A stretch of 64,000 nt of DNA from Octopus vulgaris (GCA_951406725.2 OX597836.1:24242001-24306000); one strand, 5' to 3'; numbered from the stretch's first letter, positions 45,277 to 62,178 are shown. Notes: generated by a model from the letters alone, not told the origin. Numbers and translations: made by a program.

Positions 45277-45547
45277 TTTTCAACTCTAGGCACAAGGACT
45301 GAATTTTTAGGGAGGGATCCAGTCGATTAGATCCACCTCAGTATGCAGCTGGTACTTAATTTATCGACCCCCGAAAGGATGAAATGCATTTCATCCAAAT
45401 TCGTCATCGTCGGAATTTAAACTCAGAATATAAAGACAGACGAAATACAGCCGGGCGATAAAGTACCAGTTGCGTACTGGTGCCGATCTAATCGACTGGC
45501 CTCCTCCCCAAAAAATTTCGAGCCTTGTGCCAAGGGTAGAAAAGAAT
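45277..45547. mobile_element. Two head-to-head SINE family C fragments
   Basis: Minus copy 45277-~45457 and plus 3' fragment ~45458-45547 (aagtaccagttgcgtactg..gatctaatcgactgg..ccttgtgcc). Confidence 0.8.
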
Positions 45548-45695
45548 AATAAAAATATTTTTGTCAACCCACTTCACTTTTATTGACCTATCTGTTGAAG
45601 TATCTAGTTATTTCTTCATACCTATACACATATATGTATGTATGTGTATGCATGTGTGTGTATACATATTAATATATATACATGTTTATATACAT

Positions 45696-45729
<34 letters not shown>

Positions 45730-45798
45730 CTTTCTTAGTAAAACATAAAATTCAGTGTAGAAGCACAGTCTAAGAAGTAGAAGAGTCTATATTTATTT

Positions 45799-45960
45799 CT
45801 GGTTAAGGCCGGTGTATAGGTTTACCGTGGGTTTTTCACTACAAAGGATAAAAATATTTTAAAAAAGTTATAGGACAGGTCTTAGGATCTGAAGATACGC
45901 CATAAACGATACCTTCACGGCGAGAAACCCAGGGTTACCCTATAAACCGGCCTTCACCAG
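45799..45960. repeat. Imperfect ~42-bp inverted repeat containing a hammerhead
   Basis: 45799-45840 versus 45918-45960. Confidence 0.8.
45883..45942 (+). ncRNA. Type-I hammerhead ribozyme fold
   Basis: UAGGAU-CUGAAGA-U(a)CGCC...GGCGA-GAAAC-CCAGG-GUU-ACCCUA; canonical core, stem I 5 of 6 paired. Confidence 0.6.
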
Positions 45961-45962
45961 TA

Positions 45963-47164
<1,202 letters not shown>

Positions 47165-47267
47165 GTATGTATATATATATACTCCTAAAAACACACACAT
47201 AAATATGTAAATGTAAATACATAGAAATATTTTATTATATGGAAATATTTCCGTGTGCGTGTATTGG

Positions 47268-47380
<113 letters not shown>

Positions 47381-47449
47381 GGAGTAAACACATAAATGTG
47401 AAACAAGGTGGAAAAAAGAGTACTCAAATACCAGAGGTAGAGTAATATG

Positions 47450-47565
47450 CTTTATTTAAAGCAGCAGAAAATTCAACAAAACCTGTTACTCTGAGTTTCC
47501 CGTTTCCGTTCATCGGAAAACTCAGAGTAACAGGTTTTGTTGAATTTTCTGCTGCTTTAAATAAA

Positions 47566-47566
<1 letters not shown>
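47450..47566. repeat. Perfect 49-bp inverted repeat whose 19-nt loop holds a hammerhead-like core
   Basis: Arms 47450-47498 and 47518-47566; minus strand CCGAUGA-aCG(GAAA)CGg-GAAAC-UCAGA-GUA-ACAG; flank 47390-47445 recurs at ~28353-28408. Confidence 0.85.
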
Positions 47567-47641
<75 letters not shown>

Positions 47642-47680
47642 GTATATAAATGTATATATATATATATATGTATGTATATG

Positions 47681-47744
<64 letters not shown>

Positions 47745-47795
47745 CATATATATATATGTGTATATGTGTATGTATATATACACACACACACACAC

Positions 47796-47835
<40 letters not shown>

Positions 47836-49607
47836 GAGTGAGAGAGAGAGATATATAGATAGATAGCTAGCTAGATAGATAGATAGATATATAGATATAT
47901 GTATATACATATATATACAAATATGTATGTGTGTACGTGTCTATACGTATATATATATATATATGAATGCGTGTATATATGTATGTATATATATACATAT
48001 ATATATGTGTGTGTGTGTATAGATTTTGATATGCATGTAAATATTTATATGCCTTGGTCTACCTATTAGTCTATGTCTATGCATCAATGCTGCTTATCTG
48101 TGCGTCAGTGTGTATATGTGTGTATGTGCATATATACACACACACACACCCACACACACACACACATATATGTATAGATAAATAGACAAATACATATATA
48201 CATACATATACATATACACATATATATATATACTTATGTTACTTTATATGTGTTTATATTTTTTATATATGCATATGTATGCTGCATACATGCACATAAA
48301 GTTTTGTCTGTTTGTGTGTATGGCTCCGTGTGTCAGTGTGTGTGTTTTTCATATGTATTTATACATGTGCATATGTGTGTGTACATAAATATATGCATGC
48401 ACAGAAGTGTTTATAGCAACTCACATGCACTCATACACGATTTCTTTCACACGCGCACAGACACGCAAAACCAGCTCCCTTTGAACGTCCATTTAATTTT
48501 GGTCTTTTCTTTTTGCAGCATTTCCACGAGTATTTCCACTTAGTCATTGAACATCATAATTATTTCTATAGCATGAAACTATAGTCCGTATGTAGCACTT
48601 AGGTTTTCGAGGGAGGATGACCTCCCTTTGCAAATAACACAAGGGCACTGAAATGTTGTGTCTAAAGTTCATCTGGTGACGTTGATCGCCTGGGGCTAAA
48701 AGCATCAGTAACACCCCACCCCCAGTGGCTAGCCACATTCAGATGGCTAGTACACCTTACGTTGTATCAATCCGTTTGACTGATATTTATTCTAATGTTG
48801 ATTACAGCTAGTCTCGACCCTGGTGTGAGAAAATATTTCCTCTCAATTAGAGTGTTAGTGCAATTGGTCAATGCCCGTACTGTGATCTAACCAAACTGCG
48901 AGCCGAGTTCTTACGTCTAGATTAGAAAGGACCCAGAGTGAGATTTATTATTTCTTGTAAAACTTCACTGAATAGGTTTTTACTTCAAAGTTTTTATATT
49001 TTAATTCGTTCCCTTGACTATTGTTGAAACCAATAAAAAAACTCGAATTTTTGCTAAAAGACAGACATCAATTATTGTTAACTAAGCAGAGTCCTACCTG
49101 AATAGATTCTTCTCTGAATAGACGGTTGAGATGGTTCTCACCTTTCGTTTACAGCATCTGGCTCACACTATCGTAAAATAAAATGCCTATTTTTTTAACC
49201 TCCATCGACCAACCGGAGTCAAATAATGTTCTGTGGAGTGAGTAAAAACTTAATTGTATAACGCAATATTGCTTTCGAACAGCAAAAACAACAACAATGT
49301 TTCTTTATAATTTCGTGTAACGAATGAGAGGACATGACAAGCACAAATCAGCAATATCGATAGAGCTCATTGCAGAATCGATTATAGATAAGAATACGTG
49401 TGGGCCATAGAAGTTTACAACGAGATGCCCCACGATGCTTTATACATCAAAGTTCAATCAAGCAATATACTGAATACCAAATGCATAAGGAAGAACATGT
49501 TGAAGGGATATGACCAGAAATTTAGGCGGAGACGGCTAATTGGTAAACTCGAACCCAGTAGATGTGAAGTAACGGAGAAAAAGGACATTTCATATAATAC
49601 TCTAAGG

Positions 49608-49827
49608 CAGTGGTTTTCAACCAGGGTTCCGCGGAAACCTTAGGGTTCGGCCAATACAGTCCAGGGGTTCCGCAAGAAGTTACAAAACTGCTAAGATCGG
49701 CAGTAATTTTTAAGTCTCCTGTGCAGATATGTGTGCATAAGACTATTAAATTATTGCACAGGGGTTCCTCGAGCCAGTGGAATGTTTCCTTGGGGTTCCG
49801 CTCCAGCAAAAAGTTTGAAAAGCACTG
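49608..49827. mobile_element. hAT (Charlie-like) MITE, 220 bp
   Basis: TIRs CAGTGGTTTTCAA and TTGAAAAGCACTG; exact 8-bp TSD ctctaagg (49600-49607, 49828-49835); internal GGGTTCC repeats. Confidence 0.92.
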
Positions 49828-50179
49828 CTCTAAGGTATGCAGAAGACATGTTGTATTCGACTAATTGACATATATTTTCTGGTCCATTGTCATTATTGTT
49901 GTATGTTAGTTTCCCAGTCACTTATAATAAAGATTAGACGTGGCTCACCTCCTGCATTGCTACAAACTTTTTAGTGCAGTGACGTTGGACCGCATCATGC
50001 TCAGCTGTTAATTTGGTGTTATGTGGTGATCACAGCTAAGAGCAGCAACCAAGGGGCTGAGAACAAAGGTCCTCTACAGTTGGAACATGACTACTTGGTC
50101 TCTTTGTCTTGTATTGAAGGACTTCAGTATTCATCCTGCCGGTTGTCTGCCCTTTGCTGCTATCTCATGTGTACATGCG

Positions 50180-50214
<35 letters not shown>

Positions 50215-50571
50215 GCATGTATATACGTACATGCATGAAATACATATGTAGTGGTTAGCACTACTATACAATTCAAAGGAGACAAGGCGTTCGATTCAGG
50301 CAAATCCCACAAGCGTCTCAACAGTCTTTCACACGTTGACCAAGTCGACACTATCTTTTATCCTTTCAGTAATGTATCAGTCAACATCATCGACACCGAT
50401 CTCTCTCTTTCTCTCTTTCTCTTTTTCTTTCTCTCTCTCTCTTTCTCTTTTTCTTTCTCTCTCTCTTTTCCATTTCTCTTTCTCTCTCTTTCTCTCATAC
50501 TCTCTCTTTTATAATCAGCCATGCACCCTTTTCAGTGGGACCTGTATTCATTTCCTTCTTTATATGCATAT

Positions 50572-50634
<63 letters not shown>

Positions 50635-52681
50635 CGTGTGTGTGGGCACACATTCATCTGCAGTAAACTTATAATAATGACTTAAAGTCCGAGAGCTTCG
50701 TGAATGTACTTTTATGTACTCTTCTTATGCATATAGCAGGACATTTGTAATATAGAAAAATGCTTCGAAATATAAGGAATATGAATCTTCAATTAATTTC
50801 TGCGAAGAAGAAATTGCACATCAATGTGAATCAGTAGAAAATGTAATTGATTCCTTCAGTGAAATAGAATTGAAGCAGTTTTGATTCCGTACAAAATAAA
50901 AGAATGAAAAAATTTCAACAAAATGGAGACACTAAGAATTGAATGGTTTCGAAAAAGTGTATCGTCTGTCAGGATTTAAAGCAAATAAGAATGCAAGATA
51001 AGCGAAGAAAGTGAGGAAGAGAAAGAAAATTACAGGTTGAAGGAAAGAAAAGAGGGAATGAAGCTAGAATGACCATGCAAACAAAAGGAAAACTATCAAA
51101 AAAGAAAGTAAAATAAATCAGCAGATATTGATAAGCTGGGATTAATTAGCCATTTTCTCTTGTTCGCTAATCTAATATTCTGTTGTTATATTCTAAAGCA
51201 CCAGTTCCACATCCCGCACCCATCTGGTAACATTGTAGAATACATGTTGACAGTTTCACCAGTTCTATTTGTCTGTCTGTATTTTTCTCACTCTCTCCTC
51301 ATCTCTCACCTTCCCATATCCCTATGGTTTACAACTCTCATTTTGCTTGACTCTCTTATGAATGAATGCAATCATTCTCTGATCGTTCAGTATTCTGATT
51401 ATCAGTAAACCGAATGAATTATCAACATTAAAATTCGACGTTTCTTCTGGCACCATTGTGTAAGAGTAAGGTTTGCGTTACATTGAAATGACAACCTCTT
51501 CAGAAGTCTCTTACACAGGCATTTCATTTCTCTAGCAACGCTAACGAAAAAATACCTTCTTACAATTCTTCTTTCTCTTACTTTATAAATAGGAAGTGAG
51601 GAGAAGAATATAACCCTGGATAAGTCGCTAGTCCATTGTACACGGCATTTTCCACAGTTGGGAGAAAAGGCAGCACAGCGAACTGAAAAGCCAGTGTACA
51701 GCTCCACAATGCTAGTTTTGGTTACAACAGTGTGATTATTAAACGCTACAGTTAGAAGAGATTAAATATACACACCGGAAGAGGTTGTCTACAATGTGAT
51801 GTGGTAGGGGCTGATCCTACAGCGGTGTTTGGGAATATTTCTATTTATTGTGGGTAAATGTTAAACATAATGTTACTATAACATGTAAGACTATACACGC
51901 AAATTACATCAGATAATACGAATATTTATATGACATTTCATATCAATTCGTCTCACATTATTATTGCTCCAGTTTCTCTATCGAGCACTCAGGGTCTGCG
52001 CCTGAAGAGCGTATTTGGATTTCCAGATACGCGAATCTATTAGTAGCGCCCCAAAATCTGTATTGTGATCCTTAAACAGAAATATTTGACTCTCCCCAGA
52101 TGGATTGCTCACTTTGTTATTATACCACGAATGTATGTATGTATGTATGTATGTATGTATGTATGTATGTATGTATGTATGTATGTATGTATGTATGTAT
52201 GTATGTATGTATATCAAACGAAGGCGGCTATATGTAATATAAAACCAAAAAGGAAAAATTCAATTTTCACTAATTGTGACTGATGGTGCAAGGTTGCCCC
52301 TGTATTGCTAGAATTAAGAGTTAAAAAATCCCCTTAGAGCCGCAAGGAAGTACATGTCTATATACTAACAGGGGAGATAATCGCCCCACACCAAGCGAGA
52401 TTACTAAACGAGCCTAGTTTCGCTTAAAATTACAGCTTATCAGTAGTGACAACTCCATCACTGGATGATTTGGATAAATCCTGCCTGTCAGTATATAGTA
52501 TTTATCATATAAATCTCTGGCTGATACAGCAAAATGGTAATGTGGAAATTATAAAATAACGAAAGCTGCTACGTTTATGCATATATTTTGCAAGATTCTT
52601 GATGTGAAATCGTGTGTTGAAACAGATCATAGTTTGCTAATTAAACACACTTACTATATATTTGGGTCTTACTTCAGCTCT

Positions 52682-52716
<35 letters not shown>

Positions 52717-53410
52717 TATTATTATCATCATCATTATTATTATTTTAATTTCTTTGTCAAAGCGCTTTCAGCTCACACCCTGTGACCTCTTCAACAACTC
52801 TCTTTCCCATGTGTCTCCTCTTGTTCTGCTTCCTCCATTTTGCTTTTCTGTGGTGTGTGTCCTGTTCCGCGCATTTGTTTACGTTTGTATCTCTGCCGCC
52901 GCGTGTGTGTGTGTCTGTGTGTGTTTCCGCACGTGCGTGCGTGTCTATGTGTTTAGTACGTGTGTTTCGTATGCGTATATCTAAGTCTGCTTACTCATAT
53001 ATACGCACACAAAACACGCATGCACACGCACATATCCATACGCATACACACACACACACGCAAACACGCGCGCGAGCACAGATACGCAAATGCATGTATG
53101 TATATGTATGTATCTATGTGTGTGTATGTATGTCTACATGTTTGTATGTATGTATGTATGTATGTATGTATGTATATATGTATGTATGTATGCATGCATG
53201 TAGTATTGTATTCGCATACATAACTCTTCACACTTTTACCTCTACTTATCGCCACTCTATGATTCTCTTTGCCACTTAATCTTTATTTCGATAAGTTTTC
53301 GGAGCGATCTACTGTGGAGACATTCTCACGTCACCGTCCATTTTTTTCCTTTCTCCCTTTTTGTCTCTCCCTCCCCCTTTCTCTACCCTCTCATTTTTTT
53401 TTTTATTCAG

Positions 53411-53456
53411 GGGCCAAACACAAACATTCCGCCGCTTTTACTCTACCAATAACCAG
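53411..53456 (+). CDS. Candidate 46-nt exon, product unknown
   Basis: ~70-nt polypyrimidine tract plus ttcag| acceptor and CAG|gtaatg donor; open frame GQTQTFRRFYSTNNQ. Confidence 0.35.
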
Positions 53457-53617
53457 GTAATGTCTAAAACTCATAAGAGACATACCTCCTCATTCACCGC
53501 CCAATCATCAACTAATTATAATCCCTGCTTAACGTTGTTGTTTTAAGCAGGATTATTTTGTTAGCACTTGGTTAGATATTCACATTTCGTATCGCTCCAT
53601 ATATATATATATATATA

Positions 53618-53618
<1 letters not shown>

Positions 53619-53648
<30 letters not shown>

Positions 53649-54052
53649 CTTCTCCTCCTCCTCCTTCTTCTTCTTCTTCTCCTCCTCCTCCTTCTTCTTC
53701 TTCTTCTTCTCCTTCTTCTTCTTCTTCTTCTTCTCCTCCTCCTCCTCCTCCTTCTTCTTCTTCTTCTTCTTTTCCTCCTACTTCTTCTTCTTCTTCTTCT
53801 TCTTTTCCTCCTACTTCATCTTCTTCTTCTTTTCCTCCTACTTCATCTTCTTCTTTTCCTCCTACTTCATCTTCTTCTTTTCCTCCTACTTCTTCTTCTT
53901 CTTCCTCCTACTTCATCTTCTTCTTCTTCTTCTTCTTCTTCTTCTTCTTCTTCTTCTTCTTCTTCTTCTTCTTCTTCTTCTTCTTCTTCTTCTTCTTCTT
54001 CTTCTCCTTCATCATCATCTTGCTGCTGCTGCTGTTGTTGTTGTTGTTGTTG
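53619..54052. repeat. (CTT/CCT)n field with a higher-order unit, followed by CAT/CTG/TTG triplets
   Basis: Direct reading. Confidence 0.95.
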
Positions 54053-54423
54053 GTTAGCTCAACCCAGATAAACGAGACTCCAAAAGTATTCACCGTATTT
54101 TATTCAGGAATCGGGCAAACGGAACTGCGCCCTTCAATGAGGTTCTCCGCTTTGCTTGTTTCCATTTTTTTCCCTTTTCTTTTCAAGAGAAAGGCGTGAT
54201 TTTTAAGAGAATTGACTGCTATTTCTAACAGCTTGCATAAGATTTAATATCTAAGAGAATCTAAATATAAAAAATATTTAAGAGCAGAATATTTCTGGTA
54301 CTCGATTTACATGGGATTAATTCATCAACGAAACCTATGTTGTAAATCTATGCTTTGTTCTTTACAGTTTTATCAAGAATCAATTGGTTTAGCTGTAAAA
54401 AAGCTTATCGTTATTAGCATGTA

Positions 54424-54475
<52 letters not shown>

Positions 54476-54589
54476 CGTGAGTGTGGGAGAGAGAGAAAGA
54501 GAGACAGAAAGACTATGTGTGGGCAGGGGAGCGAGAGTATGTTAATATATGTTTATAATTTTATAGACAGATAGACAGATTGATAGATC

Positions 54590-54633
<44 letters not shown>

Positions 54634-54685
54634 TACATACGTACATGATCGAGCTATCTTTCAATATGTGTGTGCAAATTTGTCT

Positions 54686-54814
<129 letters not shown>

Positions 54815-54945
54815 CAGTCAGACAGATGGACCTAGTTAGATATAAACAATGCAAATACATGTATGAACTCACAAATATACAATAGAAATACACACACATA
54901 TACATATGCGTATGCATGCATAGATGTGTTTATGTATGTATGTAT

Positions 54946-55016
<71 letters not shown>

Positions 55017-55228
55017 ATCCACCCCATAAACAGTACCATTCTGCGAAATAAATCCATTTTTTATATCACCAATATGTAAGTAATTTACTTTCATACATAC
55101 ATCTAAATGTACAAATTTATCAATGTTCTTTTTAAAATTTCTATGTTCGTTGTAAATTCAATGCTGGTTGTTTTTTTTAAATTTAATATACACACATACA
55201 CACACATATGTATGTACAATTTATATAA

Positions 55229-55279
<51 letters not shown>

Positions 55280-55924
55280 CAAACAGGTATACGTACGTAG
55301 ATGTATGAATATATGTGCCTGTGTGTATTTGGTTCATATACGTTTACATAACATATACACTCTCTTGTTCGTCATATATACCCATATTTACATGTATACA
55401 CGCTCATATCTATGTATAGATGAGTATAAACATAACAGTCTATGTACAAGTAGAATATTACATCTATACGCTCGAATATCTATGTATAAATGTGTGTGTG
55501 TGTGTGTGTGTGTGCGTGCGTGCACATGTGTATGTGTGTGTGTGAATGTGAATGTGCACGCATACTTACGTGTGTGTGTGTGTGCTTGTGTGTGTGTACA
55601 TGTGTACTTGTGTATGTCTGGTTGGTACTTATGTGTACATATCATTGCCGAGAGAATCCCTTTGATCTTTAGAGTGACACCAATGGTTTCCTTTGATCTA
55701 ATATTTAGTTCAACAGGGTTTGCTATACACCATCAAGAGGACATGCCGGAACTGTTGGCTAGCCTTGGATGCGGCCGATTAATTGACTCAGCGGGGTTAT
55801 ATGGAAACTTTTCTACGGCTTATAATCACAAGCTTCTCTATGTCTAGAAAACCCATCACAAACTAACTCACTGTTTTCTATATCCCAAACCCTACTTTTA
55901 TTATTATTCAACTTCAGAAGATAC

Positions 55925-57020
<1,096 letters not shown>

Positions 57021-57324
57021 GATGTCACTGCTTGTATAATGGTGGCACTCATTTACATTCATTGGCAAATCATCACTCGATCTCATGATAAAAAGATGTG
57101 TACACACACTCATGTACACACACGCACACTCATACATACATGTACACATACGCAGAGGTGTGTGTGTGCGTGTGTGTGTCTGATGAAGGCTATGAAACCG
57201 AGACTTTGAAGTCACTGTCAACCACTTCCCTGAAAAATTAATAAACTATATAAATAAATCTTTGTTGATTCCCCAGAAGCGATACATCACAAAATTCAGT
57301 ATTTAAGTGTAGACTATTCTTCAT

Positions 57325-57470
57325 TCTGTGACGGGTTCTTTTCGGTCTCTTTCTGCCAAATCCACTCACAAGGCTTTGGTTGGCCCGAAGCCATATCCCA
57401 AGACTCAAAATGCAGCTCAGTGCGATTGAACCTGAAACCACGTCGTTGAGAAGCGTACTCCTTAACCAGA
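57325..57470 (-). mobile_element. SINE family A, degenerate 5' part
   Basis: ccaaatccactcacaaggctttggttggccc. Confidence 0.7.
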
Positions 57471-57829
57471 TATTAAGTGAGATATTGCATGGTAATAAAT
57501 GTTGAGCAATCAATATACAAACTAGAAAGACATGAGATGAGCAATACACAAACACTGAATATGTGTTGTTAATGTTTAACAAAGATGGAGCACAAATAAC
57601 GGATCAGAGATTGTGTGTAACAGACAAGAATGAAATGGTCAGGTCATAATGATATTTACAGAGAATAATAACTAGGTAAAGAAGTGCCAAACAGTCTAAG
57701 TGAAGGCTTCACGATTATTCATATATTCATAATCATGTGCATAACCATATATATATACATACATACATATACATATACATACATATATATATATATAAAT
57801 ATATATATATGATTGATTGACTGATTGAT

Positions 57830-57873
57830 TCTAGTTTCAGCTCACGAGCTGTGGCCATGCTGGGGCACCGCCA
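57830..57873 (-). mobile_element. 3'-tip-only copy of the CR1/L2-group LINE tail
   Basis: ctagtttcagctcacgagctgtggccatgctggggcaccgcc matches 46021-46061; followed on the minus strand by an (AATC)n tail. Confidence 0.75.
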
Positions 57874-57875
57874 TT

Positions 57876-57997
<122 letters not shown>

Positions 57998-58019
57998 CAT
58001 ACATATATATATATGCATA

Positions 58020-59207
58020 TAAACTTAACTTCCTGGATTAACTTGCTATAAATTTTACTTTGTCCTTTATTCTTAGTGCAAGTTTTGAAGAGTACAGTCC
58101 GATTTTAATATTTATTTTTTCAAAGCCTTAATGGAAGTGGCAAAGGAGCAATTCGGCTTAATTTGCTTTATGAGTTCAATAAAGGCAACAACGCAACGGA
58201 AAGTGCGAGCAATATTTATGCTGTATATGGGAATCGGACAGTAAGCGTAAGCCAGTGTCAACGGTGGGTCCAGACATTCTGAGCCGGAAACTACAGCCAA
58301 GAAGAGGAGCCTCGTCCTGGAAGATCTGTAGAGCTCGACGAGGATGTCCTGTAAACCCTGGTGGAACAAAATCCCATCGTAACTGTTGAGGAACTATCAG
58401 AAAAGCTTGGATTTGGTCATTCAACCATTCATCAATACTTGCGGGCCATCGGAAAAATCAGCAAATTGGGTTAATGGGTTTCTTACAAACTTTCCGAGTA
58501 TAATCGTGCACAGAGATTGGATGTGTGCTCTTCTTTGCTGTCACATCCCACGAATGAAACTTTTTGGGACCGAATAGTGACGAGAAATGGATTATCTATA
58601 AAAATGTCAAACACCGAAGACAGTGGGTAGGGAACAGAGAAACACCGGTACCCCAGGCTAAATAAGGTTTTCGCCCATGTAAGGTATTGTTATCTGTTTG
58701 GTGGGATATGAAAAGTTTAGTCTATTTTGAACTTTTAAACCCAAACCAAATGATAACAAGCGAGCAGCTTGAGCAGCTTAAGTCAGTGCTAGAAGAAAAA
58801 CGACCATCTTTGGTTTCAAAACGAAAGGTGTTCTTCCATCCGGATAATGCTCGGTCACATACAACGAGGATGGCATTCCAAAGGTTGGAGCAGTTTGAAT
58901 GGGAATCGATACCCCACCCACCATATTCGCCGCACATTTCCCTATCTGATTATCATTTATTCCGCAGTCTTCAAAATCATTTGAACGGAAAAAATATGAA
59001 TTCTGTAGACGAGGTCAGAACAGTGGAAGAGTATTTTTCGTCACGGACAAGTCAATTATGGAAGAAGGGCCTAGCGATAGATAGCCAGACAGACAGAAGA
59101 GCATTGTAGAAAATGAGAGTATATTTTAGATTTAAAAAACTTTTATCTTAATTTTGAAACCCAAAGGTAGTATAAAAATACCGCATTATTTATGGGAAGA
59201 CCCAATA
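58020..59207 (+). mobile_element. Decayed mariner (DD34D-type) transposon
   Basis: YEFNKGNNATESASNI, EEEPRPGRS, KVLLSVWWD, HPDNARSH, PHPPYSPHISLSDYHLF; stops and frameshifts; right TIR ccgcattatttatgggaagacccaa+TA; left TIR not seen. Confidence 0.92.
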
Positions 59208-59370
59208 TCCATACATATACATATGCATATATACATAAATACACACACACATATAAATGGAAACCAAAATAATAAATTGAACGTTTAAATAATTTAATCA
59301 TTAAATGATAAATTCAATTCAGTTTTATTATTTTATACAAACAAATGGTGAACTTTCTAACTCCCCATCT

Positions 59371-59870
59371 ATACATACATACATACATACATACATACAT
59401 ACATACATACATACATACATACATACATACATACATGCATACATCATACATACATATGTGTAGGTATACATATATCTGTCTACAATACTTTTACACACCA
59501 GAATTTAGTCTAAGCGAACTTTCAGTAAAATATTATTGTGTAATGTGCCGCGTGATGAGATTCAACTTTGAACTATGTAGTTGAGAAATGAACTTTCAAA
59601 CTCCCCATACATACATACATACATACATACATACATACATGCATGCATACATGCATACATGCATACATGCATACATACATGCATGCATGCATACATACAT
59701 ACATATATACATACATACATGCATACATACATACATACATACATGCATACATAGATGCATACATGCATACATACATACATACATACATACATACATACAT
59801 ACATACATGCATGCATACATAGATACATACATACATGCATGCACACATACATACATACATGCATACATAC

Positions 59871-59912
<42 letters not shown>
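59371..59912. repeat. (CATA)n/(CATG)n fields
   Basis: Direct reading. Confidence 0.9.
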
Positions 59913-59914
<2 letters not shown>

Positions 59915-60387
59915 GTGTGTATACGTATTTCTTTTTTATATATATATTTACTCAAGCATTTTTTTTTTGCAAGATAATTTATGTGAAATCTTATATTTAG
60001 GTAGGGTCATTTTCCAATAAAAGCACATGCACCGGTTGTATTTCACTTTCTTTAACATTCTCAGCCAAGAAAATGAAATTTATTAAATAATATACTTAAT
60101 CAACACTAAATTAATTATTTGATCAATTAGCAGGAGCATCAGTTAGTATCTTCAATCTGTGATCAGCTTCGGCGCAGGAGGCAATAAAACATTATGTATT
60201 AACATGTTCCTACCTACTTTTTGCCTCATGTTAAGGGAGGTCAATGGAATAACAAAGAAACATTTGGAAATTGTTGTAGTGGAAGTGGTTGAGGTGGTGG
60301 CGTTAACATTGGTGGTGAATGGAGAAAGATACAAAACCGTGTGATGAATTGGTAAAGTATTAATTCGATACATAAACTTCATTACAT

Positions 60388-60549
60388 GCACAGGAGTGGC
60401 TGACTGGTAGGAAGTTTGTTTCCCAACCACATGGTTCCGGGTTCAGTCTCACTTCGTAGCACCTTGGGCAAGTGTCTTCTACTATAGCCTAGGGCCGACC
60501 AAAGCCTTGTGAATGAATTTGGTAGATGAAAACTGAAAGTAGCCCGCCG

Positions 60550-60595
<46 letters not shown>

Positions 60596-60839
60596 TGTGT
60601 GTGTTTGTGTTTGTGTGTGCGAGCGTGTGTGTGTGTGTGTCTCTGTCTCCCCCCACCATCGCTTGACAACCAATGTTGGTGTGTTTACGTCCCTGTAACT
60701 TAGCGGTTCGGCAAAAAATGACCGATAGAATAAGTACTAGGCTTACAAAGAATAAGTCCTGCGGTCGATTTGTCCGACTAAAGGCGGTGCTCCAGCATGG
60801 CCGTAGTCAGATGACTGAAACAAGTAGAAGAATAAAAGA
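60388..60839 (+). mobile_element. SINE family A, full length
   Basis: Head, internal (GT/GA)n and complete tail. Confidence 0.9.
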
Positions 60840-60893
60840 ATGTGTGTGTGTGTGTGTGTGTATTTATATTTATATTGTGTGTGTTTCGATGGT

Positions 60894-61194
<301 letters not shown>

Positions 61195-61951
61195 CGAGAA
61201 GCCTGCTAAGATCCTCATATTTTCAATGGTGCGTAGTAAATTATTATATTAATTTACCTGATTGTATCATAGAAAATGTGATGGCTGAAATCCCGGCACT
61301 TTAAGATCATACTCTAAATGAAATGTAGTCGGCGACATTTAATTTTAGGAAGCTCTCCATGTATATAAATAATTATGTGTTACCATAAGTATGTCTATTT
61401 ATTGTTCTATAGTTCAGTTTCCACGCACTTCGCCTGTAGGCATTAATATGTATGCGAGGAAGATTCTACTCTCCGTTATAGATTCTGTCTAGGTCAAACA
61501 ATTAGGTCGCATAGATTTATTTGACATCAGTGTAAGGGATTTTGATAACAAATATATGCAAGTTTGTCGGACGATGTATAATAGACGTACAAAGTACAAC
61601 CTTGATAGATAACCTATCACATAAAGAGAAGCTGGCTGATTGTCAATCGCCAATGGGCATCTACTGGACATCATTAGGAAGGCGCTCAAGTATTTTGCCC
61701 GATAAATATTTATAGGCATTTATCTCAATGTTGTAAACTTCCTTGATTTACCAAATACAAACCGCGGCACTAAACAGAAAATGACCTCATACACTGACGT
61801 CGCCTGTCTATTGTCTTTAAACACTAAATTAGTAACATAAGGAGAGGAATACCCATTCCTTCTTCAAACAATGAAAGCGACCAGGAAAAAATAGCATACA
61901 GACTTGTTTTAAATTTTAAAAACTTTTCAAAACGATATTATCATTGGAAAT

Positions 61952-62129
61952 ATGTGGTAAGAAGTTTGCTTCCCACCCACATGATTACGGGTTCAGTTCC
62001 ACTGCGTGGAACGTTGAGCAAGTGTCTTCTATTGTAGCCTCGGGCCGACAAAAGTATTGTGAGTGGATTTGGTAGTCGGAAACTGAAAAAAGTATGTCGT
62101 ATATATATATATATACGTATGTATGTACT

Positions 62130-62178
<49 letters not shown>

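Noticed and set aside
51400-51720. Possible piggyBac C-terminal remnant (RRFFWH, RHFP)
   Set aside because: Too few motifs and no TIR or TTAA identified
57178-57204. CTGATGA-aggctat-GAAAC hammerhead-like string
   Set aside because: No stem II pairing and no NUH site; chance or too decayed
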